A stretch of 64,000 nt of DNA from Candidatus Krumholzibacteriia bacterium (GTDB lineage Bacteria; Krumholzibacteriota; Krumholzibacteriia; Krumholzibacteriales; Krumholzibacteriaceae): positions 192,001 through 256,000 of the forward strand of contig CAWIIQ010000003.1 of assembly GCA_963836185.1 (NCBI GenBank). The letters run 5' to 3'. Below, piece by piece: positions 61,909-64,000 of this stretch; position 1 is the first letter of the stretch, and the number at the start of each line of letters is the position of its first letter. The position numbers and the translations under genes were made by a program. The notes beneath the pieces are model-generated. The model saw nothing but the letters and a program-made list of their open reading frames with translations, had not been told where the DNA came from and ran no database searches.

Positions 61909-62849
61909 TCCGTGCTCCCTTTCTCCCCGTCAACGCGATGTTCTTCAGCGAACGCGCCTCTGTCCGGGTCAACATGAACGAGGACCTTGTCGACGTCCTC
62001 GAATTTTCCGGTTATCACCTCGACTACATCGTCGATGATATCATGAGCCTCTGCAACGGTCATGCCGGGATCTACCACAATATGCAGTTCCATCCGTATC
62101 CGCCGCGCGTAATATCTCGCCATGATGTCGTGACACTGCCGTACGCCGGGCACCCGTTCCACGCTGATCCTGACCGCGCCTATGAACTCGGCCGAGGGTG
62201 CCGTGTCGACTATCTTCCGCAGCGCGCTCCAGAGGATGCCGGCCGCTACGCGCACGATGAAGAAGGACACAAAGAGCGCCGCGTATGAATCGAGCACCCG
62301 CAGGCGCGGCACGAAGACGGCGGCCGATACTCCGACGAGAGTGACGACCGATGACCACGCGTCGCTGCGGTGGTGCCAGGCGTTGGCGATCAGCGCTTCG
62401 CTTCCGACGCGCCTGCCGATCCTGACGGTGACCTGGTAGAGGGCCTCCTTGGCGACGACCGAGAGGCCCGCGATGATTATCGTGAAAAGGTGAGGCGCCG
62501 AGATGTCGCCCCTGTAGATCGCTATGGCCGACTCATATCCTATCTTCGTCGCGGCGGCGAGAAGAAGCAGGCCGACTCCGACAGCAGCGAGGGTCTCGAT
62601 CTTGCCGTGGCCGTAGGGATGCTCCTCGTCCTCCTCCTTGCCGAGGAAATGAAGGCCGACGAGCACGATGAAGTCCGATACGAGGTCGGAGATAGAGTGG
62701 ACCGCGTCGGCGATCAGGGCGCGGCTCCGTCCTGCCAGGCCGCCCCACAGTTTGAGCGCAATAAGGACGGCATTGACGCCTATCCCCACCCAGGTGATCC
62801 TTCGGCCTTCCTCGAGGTCGTGATGATGATCGTGTGAGTGCCCGCCCAT
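61905..62849 (-). CDS. Cation diffusion facilitator transporter (FieF-like)
   Basis: His-rich N-terminus; ADAVHSISD, HPYGHGKIE, HHRSD and VHVDP motifs. Confidence 0.93.
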   Translation of the reverse strand: MGGHSHDHHHDLEEGRRITWVGIGVNAVLIALKLWGGLAGRSRALIADAVHSISDLVSDFIVLVGLHFLGKEEDEEHPYGHGKIETLAAVGVGLLLLAAATKIGYESAIAIYRGDISAPHLFTIIIAGLSVVAKEALYQVTVRIGRRVGSEALIANAWHHRSDAWSSVVTLVGVSAAVFVPRLRVLDSYAALFVSFFIVRVAAGILWSALRKIVDTAPSAEFIGAVRISVERVPGVRQCHDIMARYYARRIRMELHIVVDPGMTVAEAHDIIDDVVEVITGKFEDVDKVLVHVDPDRGAFAEEHRVDGEKGSTD

Positions 62850-62876
62850 TCATTCTCCGTAAGCTTCTATAATGCA

Positions 62877-62900
62877 GGGCCGCCCTGTAAGGGGCGGCCC
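62877..62900 (-). terminator. Hairpin downstream of the CTD protein
   Basis: GGGCCGCCC-TGTAAG-GGGCGGCCC. Confidence 0.6.
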
Positions 62901-62938
62901 GTTGTTATGGTCTCGTTATGCGGATTCTACAGCCCGTA

Positions 62939-64000
62939 TCAGCGGAGGTAAACCATCTTTCTCGTCTGCGTGAACTTGCCGGTGCTGATCTTCGCGAAGT
63001 AGACCCCGGAGGTCACGGCTCTTCCGGCATCGTCCTTGCCGTTCCATTCGGTGACGTGCCTGCCTGACGGCCTCGATACCGCCGTCTCGACCGTTTTGAT
63101 AAGCCTTCCAGCCGTATCGTAGATACGCAGGTCGACGACCCCGGCTTCGGCCAGGGTATACGCGATGTTCGTCACGCCGTTGAACGGGTTGGGGTAGTTC
63201 TGTTCGAGAGACGTTACGTATACAGGCGTCTCTTCCTCTTCCCCCTCTTCTTCGCCGATCGAGGTCTGGTCCTTCACGGAGAAGTATTCCTCGCTGATCC
63301 CTTCGCCCGTATTGAGCGACGGATCATAGGCGACGATCCTGATCACGCACGAGTCGGCGTCCATCATCGGGATCACCCACTCGCACAGCGAGTCGTTCGG
63401 TTCGCTGCTGAAGAGGATCTCGTAGTCGGCGCCGGCGTTGACCGACAGCCAGATGCTGACCGAATCGACAGCGTCGTTATCGGTCGCTATCCATTCGATC
63501 CCCATCGTATGCCCGACGTAGAATCTCTGTGATCCGTTCGGGTGGACGACCTGTACTACGGGATCGATATCATCGCCGGATGTGCAGTCGCCGGTGATGT
63601 TCGACCAGCCGCCGCTGTATCCCGCCGCGTTGACCGCGGCGATCCGGTAGTACGTGCAGACGGTCGGCGGCACATGGTCGAAGGTAGCCTCTGTCGACGG
63701 GACCGTCCCGAGCAGGGTCGCTACGCCTGGTGTAAAGCTGGACGAAGGTGATCCGTATATGTGGTAAAGGTCCGCATCCGGGAGCCCTGTCCAGCTGACC
63801 TGCAGGGTCGTATCATCGAGGGTCGAGGCCTGAAGGTCGCTGACGAAGGTGGGAGCGGCGAAATCGGCCGCCGGCCCTCCGAACGCTCCCTGGTCCGCTC
63901 TCGATCCGTCGGGGTCGGAAGGTCCCGCTGGGTCGCCCGCGTCGATAGCTCCGGAATGAGATCCGAGATGATAGTCGAAAGCAGTCGTGTCGGCATAGAA
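62939..64000 (-). CDS. Secreted protein with FlgD-Ig/T9SS-like C-terminal domain (partial, frameshifted; 5' end outside the window)
   Basis: YYRIAAVN (FN3-like), HPNG..IEW and LEQNYPNPFN..SGVYF..KMVYLR; upstream DAGDP..DPDGS-like segment in other frames. Confidence 0.75.
   Translation of the reverse strand, partial: FYADTTAFDYHLGSHSGAIDAGDPAGPSDPDGSRADQGAFGGPAADFAAPTFVSDLQASTLDDTTLQVSWTGLPDADLYHIYGSPSSSFTPGVATLLGTVPSTEATFDHVPPTVCTYYRIAAVNAAGYSGGWSNITGDCTSGDDIDPVVQVVHPNGSQRFYVGHTMGIEWIATDNDAVDSVSIWLSVNAGADYEILFSSEPNDSLCEWVIPMMDADSCVIRIVAYDPSLNTGEGISEEYFSVKDQTSIGEEEGEEEETPVYVTSLEQNYPNPFNGVTNIAYTLAEAGVVDLRIYDTAGRLIKTVETAVSRPSGRHVTEWNGKDDAGRAVTSGVYFAKISTGKFTQTRKMVYLR

Overview
This is a GC-rich, gene-dense chromosomal window from a diderm bacterium. 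Proteins ending in a QNxPNPFN(P/G) FlgD-Ig/T9SS-like C-terminal domain and the kinase-TPR gene suggest the FCB superphylum, e.g. Ca. Krumholzibacteriota/Latescibacterota (inference). It carries central-metabolism genes (pyk, a citD-citE fusion, citF, pckA, glgC, nadE, dapA/dapB, hom, apgM, pfk), peptidases (M1, an M16 pair), regulators and envelope proteins. More than 10 genes have 1-nt frameshifts that look like long-read assembly errors. I saw no rRNA, tRNA, CRISPR array, transposase or integrase. The main find is a four-gene locus at 44394-56660, preceded by a sigma54-type promoter, whose DUF11 (CnaA-like isopeptide) domains appear split into N-terminal donor hairpins and C-terminal acceptor domains. 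The residue pattern fits a self-crosslinking, head-to-tail surface filament built from a catalytically dead chaperone-like protein, a major subunit (donor Asn plus acceptor Lys/Asp), an OmpA + beta-barrel anchor (donor only) and a tip adhesin (acceptor only). Other highlights: a candidate sigma54-dependent structured sRNA (about 3070-3245); an AT-rich orphan gene between perfect 24-bp direct repeats that duplicate a promoter element (21849-23147); an Lrp / PLP gamma-lyase / homoserine dehydrogenase / aldehyde dehydrogenase module; and a citrate lyase with a degenerate fused acyl carrier protein.
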